A DNA stretch of 64,000 nucleotides from assembly GCF_018977255.1 (NCBI RefSeq), contig NW_024704743.1:51772001-51836000 (forward strand). Direction: 5' to 3'. The notes under the pieces are model-generated. The model saw only the letters and a list, made by a program, of their open reading frames with translations, was not told the DNA's origin and ran no database searches. This DNA comes from Callorhinchus milii. Its lineage: Eukaryota. A program made the position numbers and the translations under genes. This document shows positions 1-13,672 of the stretch, piece after piece. Numbering within the stretch: position 1 is the stretch's first letter; every line of letters starts with the position of its first letter.

Positions 1-221
1 AGTTTATATATTAGATATGGGGGATTCAGGAAAATGTCAATGTTACCTAAAACATCTAATTATTTACTCGTTGAGGGGATAAAATGATTGTAGAATTCTA
101 CCTCTGTTATTTCCCAATGCAAAACCAATTATTCCACTCTGCCGAAGAGGTAATCCGGCCATCCAAAACCTAATAACATTTTGATTAAAACATGTGTGTT
201 AACACTGTATGGACGAGACCT

Positions 222-1035
222 AACTTTCTTCAGTTGGACGTCAACAAGACTGAGGCCCCCCGGATGGCTCCCATCAGCGCCTTAACATCTCAGGCGTTGA
301 CAGCATCCCATCCATAAATGCACACTCCACCTTACTAAGCCAGTCCAGAACCTTGGCATCTTGTTTGACCCTCAACTACACTTTGTACCCCACATCCATG
401 CCATAACCCACTCTGCCTTCCTCCACCTCCACAACATCACCTGACTCCACCACTGTCTCACATCTCTGGCTGCCGAGACCCTCATTCACGCATTCATAAC
501 ATCCAGGATTAACTATGCAAACTCCTTGCTTGTCGGTCTCCCCAACTTTCCCTCCATAGACTGCAGGTCATCCAGAACTCTGCAGCTCGTGTCATCTCCC
601 GCACCAGGATCTGTGATCCTATCACCCCCATCCTCGCCCGACTTCACTGGCTTCCCATCACACAGAGAATACAGCTTATGATCCTGGTCGTTACCTTCAA
701 AGCCCTCCATGGGCTTGCTCCCCACTACCTCTGCGACCATCTAACCCCTACCATCCTACCCGCTCCCTCCGCTCAGTGGGCTCTGGCCTGCTTCACGTCC
801 CCTGCCTCGCCCGCCCCACCATTCTGCCGCCCTGTCCCCACCCTCTGGAACTCCATCCCATAGTCCCTCCACCTCGCCCCCTCCCTTGCCTCATTCAAAG
901 CCCATCTCAAGACCCTCCTCTTCGACCGTGCTTTTGATCTCCCTGCTTCCTCCCTGCCCTCCACCTTCCCCAATCCTGATCCCCAGCTCCGAAACACTGA
1001 CTGTCCAGCACCTTGGGACATCCTCCCCACATTAT
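222..1035 (+). mobile_element. L2-clade LINE, decayed 3' part of ORF2 and 3' end
   Basis: Frameshifted L2-type ORF2 C-terminal motifs (e.g. FKALHGLAPHYL, LWNSIP). Clearly similar to the copy at 56200-57285, and carries the ctgtccagcaccttgggacatcctc tail. Confidence 0.85.
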
Positions 1036-1149
1036 GCCACTTCAGCATCTGTTAAAGTATCTTCCCACAAGATACTTTAACAGATAAATTATAGTGTTGC
1101 AGTAAAACAAAATGATAGATCTTGACACTCATCAATCACATATGAGGAC

Positions 1150-1500
1150 TGCATGGGACAGGTGTCTTTTCACTTCAGAGACCTGAGTTTCGAACCAACC
1201 TGGACAGAGGGCATGAAAATATTCTCACTGTTGCCTGTAAGAGTCTTACAGGAAATGATTTTGAGAATCATTTTGTAGTAAGGATTGGTCCGCATTACTG
1301 AACAGCCCACAATTTAGCACAAGGTGGGAATAGCCTATCAATCTCACTCATACAGGCAACAGAAGCAGCAATAAAATAGAAAAGCTTTGCACTGATACAG
1401 TAAGGTCTTCTAAGTGCCACTGTTAAATCACAGCTTTACTCTACTTCAATTGGACTGTGCTGTATCTGACTTGGAAGGGTTTGATGCTAATATACTGGTT
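1150..1500 (+). mobile_element. LF-SINE-like relic, heavily decayed
   Basis: ctttcacttc...B-box-like gtttcgaacc...gaaatgatttt...cacaatttagcac...tgtgctgtatctg, the same block order as 48715-48897. Confidence 0.4.
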
Positions 1501-2219
1501 AACCAAAGTGTAACAATCCTCAACATTGGAATAATTAATCCCAAACAGATTATTAAACTAAATTATAAACAACGTTATACAGAGATAGCTTTCCTGATGA
1601 TCTGGTGTGTTGAGGTCCCGCCCAATTTAGGGACTGTATACAATACAGACTGGAACACTGGAAGTTCTAATCACCGTCTGTGTTGAATTAGCTGATATCA
1701 ACCAGGGCAGCAGGATATCTGCATCAGGCAATGTTTTTACTCACAAATGGCACCAGCTCTCCAGGATTAGGAAGAGGAAAATCTGCCAAAGTTCCCACTC
1801 CTGATCATTATCCAGAAACCCCTGCTGAAAGTTAAGTGTATGTGGATGTCAGCTGATGTCAGATATCTTGCCAACATTTACTGCCAACAGTCACATGGGA
1901 AGAATGGACAGCTGGATGAGATATCATAGGGCAGCTGGTGACCATAGAACCAGACCCCTAGTATAAAGAAAAAGAGATCAAACACCTTCAGGAGAGGAGG
2001 CGAGAAATCAACAAAGTCATTTTGTCGGGTTACACAAGGTTAGTTTTTGTGTGCTGAGTTAGCTACAGTAACCAATGATGGAGAATCTCTTGGCTGAACA
2101 AAAGGTTATTACCAGTGGGTGAATTTACATTGAGCTGTGGCTATTTTTAAAGCATTCCAGGAACTGGAAAAGCTTTTGGCTTCTGGGAGGTTACAAATAC
2201 AATGTAATTAATCTATTAA

Positions 2220-2640
2220 CCTAGGCTCAGTTGGTTGCACTCTCACCTTTGAGTCAGAAGATTCTTGGTTCAAGTTCCATGTCAGGATTGGAACTCACAT
2301 AGCCCATGCTGACTTTCCAATGCCTTCCAATGGGGGTTGTGCTGCATTTTTGGAGGTGCCATCCTTTGGATGAGATGGTGCTGTCTGCCTGTCCACATGG
2401 ATGTTAAAGTTTCCATTGGCACTGTTCGAAAAGAGAAGGGAATTTATACCCCAGTGTCCTGGTCAACAATTTCACAAATAAAATGAGTCATTCACTCCGT
2501 GGCTATTTGTGGGGCATTGCTGTGCACAAATTGGCTACCGCATTCCCCCACAAAAATACACAGTCATACCACTTCACAGTAAATTCTGTGAAGTACTTTG
2601 AGATGTCTCAACTACATGCTAAGGCATTATATTAAAGTAA
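2220..2640 (+). mobile_element. tRNA-head Deu-domain SINE (SacSINE1/AmnSINE-like)
   Basis: A-box ggctcagttgg and B-box ggttcaagttcc, Deu-like core ggaggtgccatcctttggatgagatg, and an L2-like tail. Several copies occur in the window. Confidence 0.8.
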
Positions 2641-2714
2641 AAAGATTATTGTTTAAGGATTATTATAATCAATAGATAAAAAATTAGAAGATTTAGAAGC
2701 AGAAAGTAAGGCAA

Positions 2715-3175
2715 TTATGTGAAACGCTCATGGAATTAATGGTAAATTAGCCAGTTGGAACAGGACTCACTTTGCAATGGCAAGCACAGGTTTTGATAAA
2801 TGGAGAAAGCATCAACATGGGGATGGGGGAAAGAGGAGTAAATTCTGAAAGAGTGTTCTGTGTCCCCTGCTGTTCACATTATTCATAAATGACTCAGAGG
2901 ATAGCACTTATTGTAAATTTATAAAAATTATGATTAATCAAGCTATGAGGATGATAAGGATCATTGAAGAAGATGTAGACAGATTAACCAGATGGACGGA
3001 GTGACAGATGGATTTTAATGTAGATAAATTCAAACTAATGAATATTGGAACAAGAAGAGTATAAATTGAAGGGGTGTCAAAGATTTGGATATGGGTGTGA
3101 TTATTGATCTTACATTGAAGGTTTCCGGTCACTGTGAAGTGGTCATGAATAAATTCTATCCATATATAGGGCGTG
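2715..3175 (+). mobile_element. Highly decayed CR1 LINE RT fragment
   Basis: Remnants of CR1 motifs (ctgctgttcacattattcataaatgac; tggcagatg-like ...tttaatgtagataaa; gatttgg...gtgattattga). Confidence 0.55.
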
Positions 3176-4959
3176 GTTACATTTCAAGGGATTTTGACTG
3201 CATTATATTATTGAGACGTCTCAAAGCACTTCACAGTATTTACTATGAAATTAGTGACTATGGAATGTATTTTTGATGAACCCAGAAGCGAATTAGCATC
3301 TCAATTTCAAGACCACCAGTCCATTCAGTCAAGAAATACTGCTCCGTTCCTTGTTCTTTTTAAAAAGGTAAGTTGCATTGTTGCTTTGGGAAAGGAAGAA
3401 AAATAGGTGCTAAGGGATTTCTCTTGGAGGATGAAAGAGGAAGACAAACTGATATTGTTAATAGCAGAATTTTCTATAATATTGATTATGTTGCTGCCAC
3501 CATAGAATATAACTTTCAAAAATGTGTAGAGCAGCTCAATAAGTGAAGGTTTTGGATTTCTACCATGGATGGAAGGTTAAATGTTCAAAGCCCAGGCTTG
3601 ACTAGCATTTGAATTTGCCAACAATTGGTGTTTTGAACTGTGCCACTAAAACCACTGTGATAATACAGACTGAAAAAGGGCAGCTGGGAAATTCAACCTT
3701 TGATAGGTATGGAGAAGACTACAATCCAACAGAAGAAAACAGTAATCACAGAACCTTAAAAAACACAGAAAATCCTGTGAGAAAAAATCTATTTAAAAAG
3801 TCTTGTTCAAATGATGGAAGTTAATTTCTTCTGATCTTATTTTGGCTGAAAGCTCCCACTTCTTGATACAGATATAAAAGCAGCTTTGAAATGAAAGATT
3901 TGAATGACATTTGGATAAACAGTCTGATCAATAGATCTGTGCTACTGCACAGTACACAGGTCAGCCGCTCATGTAAAACTGTCTAATGAATGGTACTACT
4001 CTGGAACAGTGGAGTAATGAAACAATAAAAGAGATGACGTTTAGTTCACATGTGCATTATCCGAACTGAATATTCACCTTCATATCTAAATTTATACAAA
4101 CTTACTCGCTCCAACGGAATTGAGTGAAAACTAGGTCTCTCCAGTTTGCATTTTAGTTCAATGAGCAAAAACCCACTGATCCAAATTGCTTTGTCACTGA
4201 TAGATGGAATACCAATTTTAGTCATTTGGATTTTATCCAGGTTTGACTCAGATTCAATGTGATGCTATTCATTTCTTCCTAAACAGTTTTCAGCGCACTT
4301 GTAAAAAAAATCCTGAACAAAATATAACTTACCTCTATGTTCATTCCTCTTAGACCCATATTCCCATTTGCTACTGTTGGTGAAAATCAATTTGCACGTA
4401 ACCAGGTTAGGAATATTGACATTGCATGCTAACACATTGTTAGCACATTGTTGAACTCAACTCCTGACACTTCTTGTCCTCAAAACACAGAGGAAAATGT
4501 TGTTTTTTTCTGGAAATTAAAGGCAAAGATCTTTGATAAAAGGAATTGAGGAAGAATTGAAACAAATTTCATAGGTAAAGAGATGCATCAAAAAAGTATT
4601 TAACCCATTTCAGGCATGGAGGAAGCATGCTTACAGAAGGAAAGAAGTCCCATAGCAGGGACAGAAACGAATAACACAGAGAGGTTTTCCTCCCACATCA
4701 TATCTGTAGTCCCATTGGTATGTACTTAGAAATAGGAAATGATCATGATCATGTATCAAGTATTTATTTATTTTCACGCAAAACTGAAAATGTCCATGTT
4801 GTGAACAGTTGTATTATGAAATGTTAAGCATTTTCAGAGCATTAAACATTTCTAATCTTATGATTGTGAACATGTATATCTGAAGTATATTACATCAATT
4901 TATTGGTGTAATTATGCACATTGGATGCCCGCTCAAAGGTTGTAAAACCAGATCAATAC

Positions 4960-5225
4960 TTTAGGATGTATCATGACAGTAGAACAAGAGGACATATGTT
5001 TAGAGTTGTAAAGGGCAATTACAGGACAGATACCAGAAAATTTTCTTTACACATAAGGTAATCAATGACTGGAACAGGTTGCCAGGTAAGGTGGAAGAGG
5101 CCAGGACACTAGACTTAACTAAAAATCAGCTAGGTGCAGTGATAGGGAAATGGTATGGTGGGATATTCTGGAGGGATGAGTTTGGATGGGCCAAAGGTCC
5201 TTCTTCATCCAAACTAATCTTGTGG
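4960..5225 (+). mobile_element. CR1 LINE 3' end
   Basis: agaacaagaggacat...ttctttacaca...tggaacaggttgcca is the CR1 ORF2 end. A related copy is at 47845-48090. Confidence 0.7.
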
Positions 5226-5469
5226 TAGGCCATCTTCTTGAAACTGTCTCACCTTTCCAAAATCTAAAGTTCTTACTATTTTAATCTCTGAAATGCTGCA
5301 ACACGTTACAAAGAATGCATTACAAAGAAACTGCAAGTTATTTTTGAAGGCTTTTTAAATGCTCTATAGTGAGTAACAAATAATCCAGGTTGTGTGCCAA
5401 AAGGACCAGTTCACAAATTCATTAATATGTGGTATAATGGGTTGAATATCAGTGGTTTGCAAAGGAATT

Positions 5470-5710
5470 CAATAATAATAATAATAATCCTTGCATTTGA
5501 TATAGCTCCTTATCACATTTTTGAGACGTCTCAAAGTGCTTCACATAATATATTGTAAAGTGAATTGACTATATTTTGTGGACGAAACGTGGCAGCCAAT
5601 TGGACACAGCCGTGAAACCCACAAACATTCATGGATTGAGTGACTAATTTTTTTTTTAAAGAATTATTACCCCTGGAAAAGTGATTGCCAATCGACTAAC
5701 AACTGGGTTA
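5470..5710 (-). mobile_element. SINE body and tail, head missing
   Basis: (AAT)n ccttgcatttgatatagc...gagacgtctcaaagtgcttcaca, colinear with 19268-19480. Confidence 0.75.
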
Positions 5711-8700
5711 ATAGTGACCTGGAGTTGTTACAGATGTTCCTGGTGAGGCAAGTTTTGAGACGCACGTGAAGATGGTATTACAAAATAAATCCCATTTTTC
5801 GCTGATTTCCAACTGGGGTGGGTATTTGTCTTAAAGGTTTATACTGATTTTCAACTATTTCCTGAGTGAGAAATTAAGATCCTGGGAAAAATACTCGTTT
5901 TTTTATTTTGTGAATAAAAGTCAACTTTAACGGTTGCCCCTACTATTATCCTCAATGCTGAAACAAGCCAGTCACTTGCACTGATGCTTGGCTGAGACAT
6001 GTGCACTGCTGTTGCATCATGCTAGACAGATGCACATGCAGCTGCCTTCACAGTCAAAAGCAGCACTTAAGGGATCATCAAAATATAAGTGTTCATCTAC
6101 AAAGGAAAGTCAGCACCCATAGATTTCCTGTAGCAAAATAGTTTGAAATACATTTGGGAGGAATATTACAGGAGGCCAATATGATAAGTGACACCTAAAT
6201 ATTCATTCAGACTTCCAGAGGCAGATTTAAAATCTATATTTTATAAATGGTTGTGTCAACTGAGAAATACTTAGTTGGAAAGAAATTGCTATTAAGATAA
6301 GACTTTGGACAGAAGTTGAATATGATTTGTTTTTCCTATTTGTATTTGTGAATTGGCTTTTTCTTCCAAATCAACCTTTGAAGTTGCTCCACTGCATTCA
6401 CAATCTCGACAATGCAAAATTGCCTTAATGGTCATTTCCCACCAAAAGGCCTACGTTGAAGCAGCAATGTGAAATACATGTTTTTTTTACGAATAGCAAC
6501 AAAACTACATTTCTCATAATCAGCATCAATGAATTTTGGATGCAAATTCAATTTGATTACAATAAATTCAGGCAGTGTATTTAATGCACACATTTTAATT
6601 TAGAACATTACTTGTTCCATTGGCTGGCATGGTCAAGTTGGACCAAACGGCCTGTTTCTGTGTCGTATCATTCTATGTAACTCTTTACCAACCCACTAAA
6701 ACTCAAAAGGTAAACCATCAAAAATATATTCCTATACTTCAAGTGACCAAACACCTATTTATTAATGGTATTTAATACTATTAATGATTGTGAATTCCCT
6801 CAGTTGCTGTTACTTAAAACTTACTTAGTTCAGTTAGTTGGCTAAGTTTCAACCATTCTCAAGCATCTTAGATGGAAGCAAGGCACTTAACCCCAGCAGG
6901 AAGAGAGCAAAAGAACGAAAACCTGACACTATCAAACCATCATCCTATTGAGTCTTGTCTCTTGCTAAATAAGTCTAGAAAGACATTTATACATCCACCA
7001 TCAAGACCTTCCTAGAAGAGCGTAGAGGAGAAAAAAAGTAGAAAATCTTTAAAATCGTAAATAAAAGAAACGATCAAAAGCAACCATTGCATCTATGAAT
7101 TAAAAATCTATGGGTGGTTGACAGCTGGTAGATTGGTGCAGTATATTGAACCACATTTATAAAAACTATTGGGAGACTGAGATGGTTAAACAAATTGCAT
7201 TTATATAGTACCCTTCATGCACAATAGCATCTCAAAACATTGAATATGTGTTAAATGACATGTTTGCTTCAACCCTGCTGAACACTGTTACTAGTTTTCC
7301 AGTTATTTTATACTTAGATAAATCTTATGCTTGGATCAGTGTTTCTACACAAAATGACCAAATTTGTAATATTTATTCTTCAGACAATTTGCTTCATGCA
7401 ACAAACTGAATCCAAATTAAATGTGAGCTTTCACAAGAAGTTGTTGGTGTGCGAAAGGTGACTGACAATTTGTTGGTCTGACAATTTTCTGTGCCATGAA
7501 TAATGGGAGAACATTTTATATTTTCATCAGAGTTATTATACTTTTATTATGCCTGGATCCATTCTATACAATCTGAGTAAAGGAGATATTATTTTTGGTA
7601 CATTAAAATTCTAAGCTTGGATCATAATAATAATAAGCCCTGCATTTGATATGGTGCCTTATCACATCTTTGATCTTGGTTCAAGTACCTGTTTATCTGG
7701 AGTTAAATATATATATTTATATATTATTATTTTATATATATATATACTGTATTCTGCTCCACCAAATACACTCTTTTCTATATTTGATCAAATAATTCTA
7801 TCCCACTTGAGATTATTTTACAGGCAGCTGGAGCAATGTATGCCATGATGGGACCAAAGCTTAATCATCCAATCCTAGACTATATTGATTTTGGGAGTAC
7901 TTGCTATGACTTTATAAATAAGCCATTTCTCTGTAACTGTATCTAAAGCCGGTCATGAACCCGAAAAAAAACCTTCACAATCTGTCCCAAAGTGAATTAT
8001 GCCCTGCAGAAATAAATTAATAAAACTAACACAGCAGGCTTCTCTACAAACTTATTTTCACGTTTCAGGAGCTTAAAAATATAAAATCAATAATCATTTA
8101 GTCATAAGGGTAAATGAACTGACATAACATCAAAGTATCCCCTTTAGCCATTCAGCTCATTCTAGACAATTTATCTCATCAAAAGGCACTGGTAATAATC
8201 CCCTTCCACACTGAGACAACCAGCAACAGAGTGGCTATATTATCCTAGTGTAAACAAGTTTTGAGAAAATATAAAAAATCAATACCTGTTTCCTTCTTTC
8301 AAATCAGATGGCATCTATCATAAATTATATGATGGATACCGCTTGATCTGAGAAAAGGAAAAGGATATTGATTTTGAGCATTATTTATGTTATTTAATAC
8401 ATTGAGTGTGCACACATGTGCACACATTGCTCAAACAGCAAGCAATGAGATATTTTAGTACACGTTGCAATACACATTTTTAAAAATGAATTTAGCATCT
8501 TTTCAAATATTTAATTTGAAATATCAATTCCATCCACAGTATTTATTATAAGGTACAATAGTTTTTATGGACTTCTCTGTAATTTAAAACATTTAAGTGC
8601 ATTAGATAATGTCTATTTGGATGGATGTGTACTACATTCATTCACTTTGTACCACCAAACAGAAAAGGTTAAAATGTGAGGCATTATTACTTAAAAAAAC

Positions 8701-8749
8701 AAAATTCAGCTTGAACAGCTGCATTCACCCTAACTGCATTTAAACATAT

Positions 8750-9085
8750 GACGACAACTTGCATTTCTGTACCAGCCTTCACATAGGATAAAGTCTTGGG
8801 TAATGGGGTCAGTCACCAAGCAAGGGAGAGGGGAGGGGGAACAGAGGTAAACCGTAGACATGTTAAAGGGATAGGCTTAAAGGCGGGAATAAAAGGCAGA
8901 AGAAAGGGGGTGAGATGAGAGAATTCCAGAGGTTAGGTGTGTGGAATCTGAATGCTCACTGCTCACGATGGAACGAGTGAGCAGTGGAATGCAGTTGGAG
9001 AAGATGAGAGAGTTAGCGAGGTATTAGGGCATTATGGGATTTATACGTGAGGGCGAGAATCTTGAAATCAATCCACTGGAAACCA
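8750..9085 (-). mobile_element. L2 LINE 3' fragment
   Basis: gacaacttgcatttctgtacc tail and gagaatcttgaaatcaa, similar to 13151-13545. Confidence 0.6.
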
Positions 9086-9188
9086 GAGGCGTGTAAGTAA
9101 GAAAACTCAATGCTTCGCCCTGCTGGGAATCAAACCCAGATCTCTCGCTTGCGAGGCAACTGTTCTAACCACTGAGCTATAGGACTCC
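9084..9188 (-). mobile_element. tRNA-Ala-like SINE head
   Basis: ctgctgggaatcaaacccagatctctcgcttgcgaggc...gagctataggactcc matches the heads at ~17890-17958 and ~19540-19608. Confidence 0.75.
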
Positions 9189-9435
9189 TCATCTTATGGT
9201 CTATGTGGTGCTCAATACCTGTGGCTTACTGAGGAAACTGTGTCATCTAATGTCTTTGTCTTTAATTTCACGAATGAATATAGTAGTTTGTCATTTAACT
9301 GAAAAAATATCCTCTCAAGAGAGATTTGGATAAAGAAGACTCAAAGGTCCATTTGAGTTTATTCTTACAGAGTATCCTACCAACTTCCGATTACAGCATT
9401 GAGTAGTTTCTTAACTGTGTATGATCCTCTATTAT

Positions 9436-9437
9436 GA

Positions 9438-9473
<36 letters not shown>
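9436..9473. repeat. (ATT)n microsatellite
   Basis: Direct reading. Confidence 0.9.
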
Positions 9474-9474
<1 letters not shown>

Positions 9475-10692
9475 AGCTTCAAGGTAGCCCAGTGCAGTTC
9501 TTGATGACATCTCTGTGTGAAGAAATACTTTGTTTTGTCTGTCTTAAAATTTCCCTTCACAACCTGAACGCAGTGCTTTGGGACGTCCTCCTAACATGAA
9601 AGGCGCTATACAGCTGTAATTTGTTGTTGTTGAATTGGCGTGGTATATCTGAAACATTGTTCTTTAACTATTTGTTTTTACTTCTTTCCTTTAAAGGCTA
9701 AAGACTCTGGATTATCTAGTCATTTCTCATAACATACATTTCTTACACTGCAGATGAACCTCTGGATTGCCTTTCTGAGGTCTAAACAGGCCCTTATGTT
9801 ATGATTAGGTACTTGCATGCAGTGCTGCAGGTGCAGCCTGACCAGAGATTAAGAGTATTTATGGAGGATTTAAACTCAGTTGATATGGCAAAGTGTAGCC
9901 TGTTGGTTCTCAAGCTCAGTTTTTCTCTGTAACACAACCTTTTGACACTTCATGTAAGTTTACTCCTCTTGGATATGCAACAGTTCCAAGGTAGCCCTAG
10001 TTCTGCTTCTGATCCTGCCATTTCTTTACTCCCACCTCTTATAACTCTGATGCTATTCACAAGTAGTTAACCCTATAACCCAATTTCCCCACTTTTCTGA
10101 CTAGGTGCTGCATATTTAGGCAAACTCCAGCTCAGTTCAAACTCCTGCTGCTCTCACAGCAACACATTCAGTTGGACTCATGCCACTCCCCAACAGTCTT
10201 TCTACATGCCTGCCCCAATTAGGCATTGTTCACTTGTATTACACAGTAGACAATTGGTGCCTGACTGCCACTTTCTGCATGAAAATCAAACTGCAGCACA
10301 CAAAAGTCAGTGATTCTTTAGCCTGCAGCTCCTGGATCTGTCTTCACAATTCTACATGTAGCACAACATATAATACAAAAAAATCAATAACTTAGTGCAG
10401 GAAATTAAAATTGAAAAGTAATGTACCTATACATTCATATAAATAAAAGAGTTCAGCAGATTTGGGACTTGAAAATACAACAGATCCAATAGATGAAGAA
10501 CAACAGTTTTGGAAGCAATCTCTATGGGGAAACTGCTCCATTTAGTTAGTGTTACATGCCCTGCTTAATATATTTTACTGACAATATTGTTTGCGTGCTG
10601 AAATTTCAGGCACTTTTATCATTTTCAGCCAAATTCTTGTATGAACTCCACAATCCTCGGGTTAAAATCTTCTGCGTGTTCCCATTTTAAGT

Positions 10693-11100
10693 GTCAGCCT
10701 GGCTCAGTTGTTAGCACCCTCTAAACTAGATCAGAAGGCTGTGGATTCAAGCCCCACATTGGGTCTCTGCGCTCACCATCTAAGCTAACAGTCCATGCTG
10801 AGACTGCACTGTAGAGTTGGACGTGCCATCCTTTGGAGAGATGTTAAACCAATGTTTCATCTACTTGTCCAGAGAGAAGTTAAAGAACACATGCACTATT
10901 TGAAAATACAAGGAAATTTCTCCTGGTATCCTGGCTAAAAACACCCCAGATAAAAATTGGTCATTCACTTCATCGCTATTTATGGGACAATACTGTATTT
11001 CAATTGACTACTGCATTCCCCTAAAAATACAGTCACCACAGTTCATATAAAAACACTTTGAGACATTTTGATGTGATAAGGTACTATTTTAAGTGCAACA
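10693..11100 (+). mobile_element. tRNA-head Deu-domain SINE
   Basis: Same head, core and tail as 2220-2640. Confidence 0.8.
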
Positions 11101-12630
11101 ATGTTTTATGTATTATTTTCAGAAAACAATAATTAAAACCTAGTTGCACAACAGAAACTTCCATTTTTAAAATGTAGAGATTCTTGGTGAGAGTCCTGAA
11201 GCTATTTGACACGTGAATCTGCCAACCTTAATTATGATGAGGTTCATCAATCCCCAGGGAGAGAAAAGACTGACACTGTCTATGTCAACGTGCTTTCGGT
11301 ACACATCCCATTAGTCAATTATACTGTGACACTGACAGCAGTTATAGAGAAGTTCATGTGCTGAAATGACGACATGCCCTTTCAGGAAATAGTTTAAAAT
11401 AATATATATATTGTATAAATCATTGTAATGCTTTGCTCAGCACTTTACAGTTACAGAAACCAGGAACCCAGATCCACACAAAGGTTTTCATTTATATGCA
11501 GGATTCAAATTCAGATATTATTCATGGGAGCTAAATCTGGTTCCCAGTGTTCCCTCAACTAGGAGGTTGCCAGTGGAGCTGTGAGCAAAGCCAGCTTCCA
11601 TACTTTTTTCACATAGTAAATGGTTGATTTGAGCAGATAAAAGCAACACTCAAGAAATGAGGTGAGATACTAAATTCTGATTCCTGAAGTGCATAGTAAT
11701 TTTACATTTCCTTATGTGAGCAGTAAACAGGGGGAAGAGAAATACACAAACTTACAGTTGCAGAAATGTATTGATTGATTTAAATCGGAATAAGCCTTAT
11801 CACACCAGTTTAAAGTAATTGTTTATTCTAGTATGTGATATTTTGAAAGCAATGATTTCACTTTTAGTGGGGAAAGCCCTGAAGTACTTTACACTCCAAA
11901 TCAGCTGTAATGTCTTTGAACCTCTTAAAGGGAAAGAGCGTGCACTAAGAGCATGTACTAGTCTCTGGTGTCATCACCACAAGGGAGGTTATGACAAGCT
12001 CCACTGAGCTCTATTCATTATCATTGACAAATGCCTTGTGGGGGAACAGCTGTGTCCTTCTTTAGCAGCTCACCAATATTATTAAGTGTTAGTAATTTTC
12101 ACCAAAATCAGTATTTTCGTANTTTTTTCTCAGGTCTGTGCAAGGCATAAACTTTCCCCAGTCAAGAAATATTCTTTAGATTTGCCCAGTGTAGGAGATT
12201 TACGTTCAGTTCAGGGTGGCTAACTCATTGATTTCCCCCTCTCTGTGGTATCCTTTCAGCACCTCGGCTGCAAGGTTGTAATCATTACCACAATATATGA
12301 GGATTCATATGTACAAATCTATTCCTACCACTGCATGTTACACCACAGCGAAGCTCCACATACTTTGCCATCCTTAATATTCAATTTTATTTTGTGGTAA
12401 ACTTACTTTAATAACTTTTGCTACCAATAGACCTCCTATTTATCAAGGGCATATATTCTCTCCTCTTTCTCGCTGTTCATTTACCTATCCCATGCACTAG
12501 CTGCTGTTGAAAGGATAACTTGCTACTAAGCCTCTGCCAATATTGTATTGTATTCACACACAAAGAGGTGCATAAAAACAAACCCAGCATTGCTGCTCTC
12601 TCACACTGTTTATTTTCCGAGTGAAAATGA

Positions 12631-12872
12631 CTGAGGCCGAAATTTTACGTGGTCTTAGCTTTCCAACTATCGAATTAAGTTTTAAAATTGTGTAGAATTT
12701 GGGAAAATTATTAAATTAAAAATTAATATAGAAGCTGGTTTTCCATAGGCCTTCAAATGAACCATGGAAGAACAGCTACCAAATTTAGACTAACTTTAAG
12801 AATTCTCTAAAATTCTGCACAATTGTAAATGTTGGTCTTAAGGCTAAGAAAATAAGGAAATTGGGGTCTCAG
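12631..12872. repeat. ~240 bp degenerate palindrome (fold-back element)
   Basis: Three nested inverted matches: ctgaggccgaaattt / aaattggggtctcag, aaattgtgtagaattt / aaattctgcacaatt, agctggttttccat / atggaagaacagct. Confidence 0.65.
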
Positions 12873-13150
12873 CAAGTTTCGACTCAGCACCATCTCATAG
12901 TAGCATAACTGTCAAGTTATTGGAGTGAAGAATGGAATTTGTATCTGGCTGTTCTATGCCACAGTATATTTCCATACGTGCAGTGATCAGTCAATATTTG
13001 GACCCAAATTCTAGTTTTATTTTCTCTTTGGCTAACAAAGAACTAATTATTGAGCATTAGTGAATACCATGTCTTTCTCTTTCCCACTCCATATGTATTA
13101 TATAATTCAGTTTACCAACTTCCTCATGAAGCCAATTTATAAAGCTAGTG

Positions 13151-13545
13151 CAACAACAACAACAACAACTTGCATTTCTATAGCTCCCTTCATGCCGGAC
13201 GCGTCTCGAGAGCCTAAACAGTGGCAGAACTTGATGCCGAGCCAGGGCGATGACCATAGGCACAGTCGAAGAGGAAGGTCTTCAAGTATGACCTGAAAGT
13301 GAGGAGAGAGGGGGCAAGGTGAAGGGATTGAGTAAGAGAGTTTCACAGCTTCGGGGCGTAGTGGCTGAAAGCCTGCCGCTGATGATGGGGCGGTGGGTCC
13401 GGGAGACAAGGAGGAGGCAGAAACCAGTCGAGCAGAGGTCAATGCATAGTAGTGTAGGGAGACAGCAGGTTGGAGAGATAGGGGGATACCAGGGCATGAA
13501 GAGGTTTAATGCAAGAGTGAGGATCTTGAAATCAAAGCTGCAGAA
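13151..13545 (-). mobile_element. L2 LINE 3' fragment
   Basis: (CAA)n tail plus ttgcatttctatagc at the left end. The reverse strand reads as the L2 ORF2 C-terminus (FKILTL...). Confidence 0.7.
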
Positions 13546-13672
13546 GTTGTGCATAGTATTTTGCCCACAAAATATACAGTCAATCAACTTTACAGTATAT
13601 TCTGTGAAGCGCTTTGAGACGTCTCGAAGACGTGATAAGGCTCTATATCAAATGCAAGGATTATTATTATTA
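13546..13672 (+). mobile_element. SINE 3' tail
   Basis: cccacaaaatatacagtcaa...gtgaagcgctttgagacgtctcg...caaggattattatt. Confidence 0.75.

Noticed and set aside
12122..12122. Single ambiguous base (n)
   Set aside because: Assembly ambiguity, not biology.
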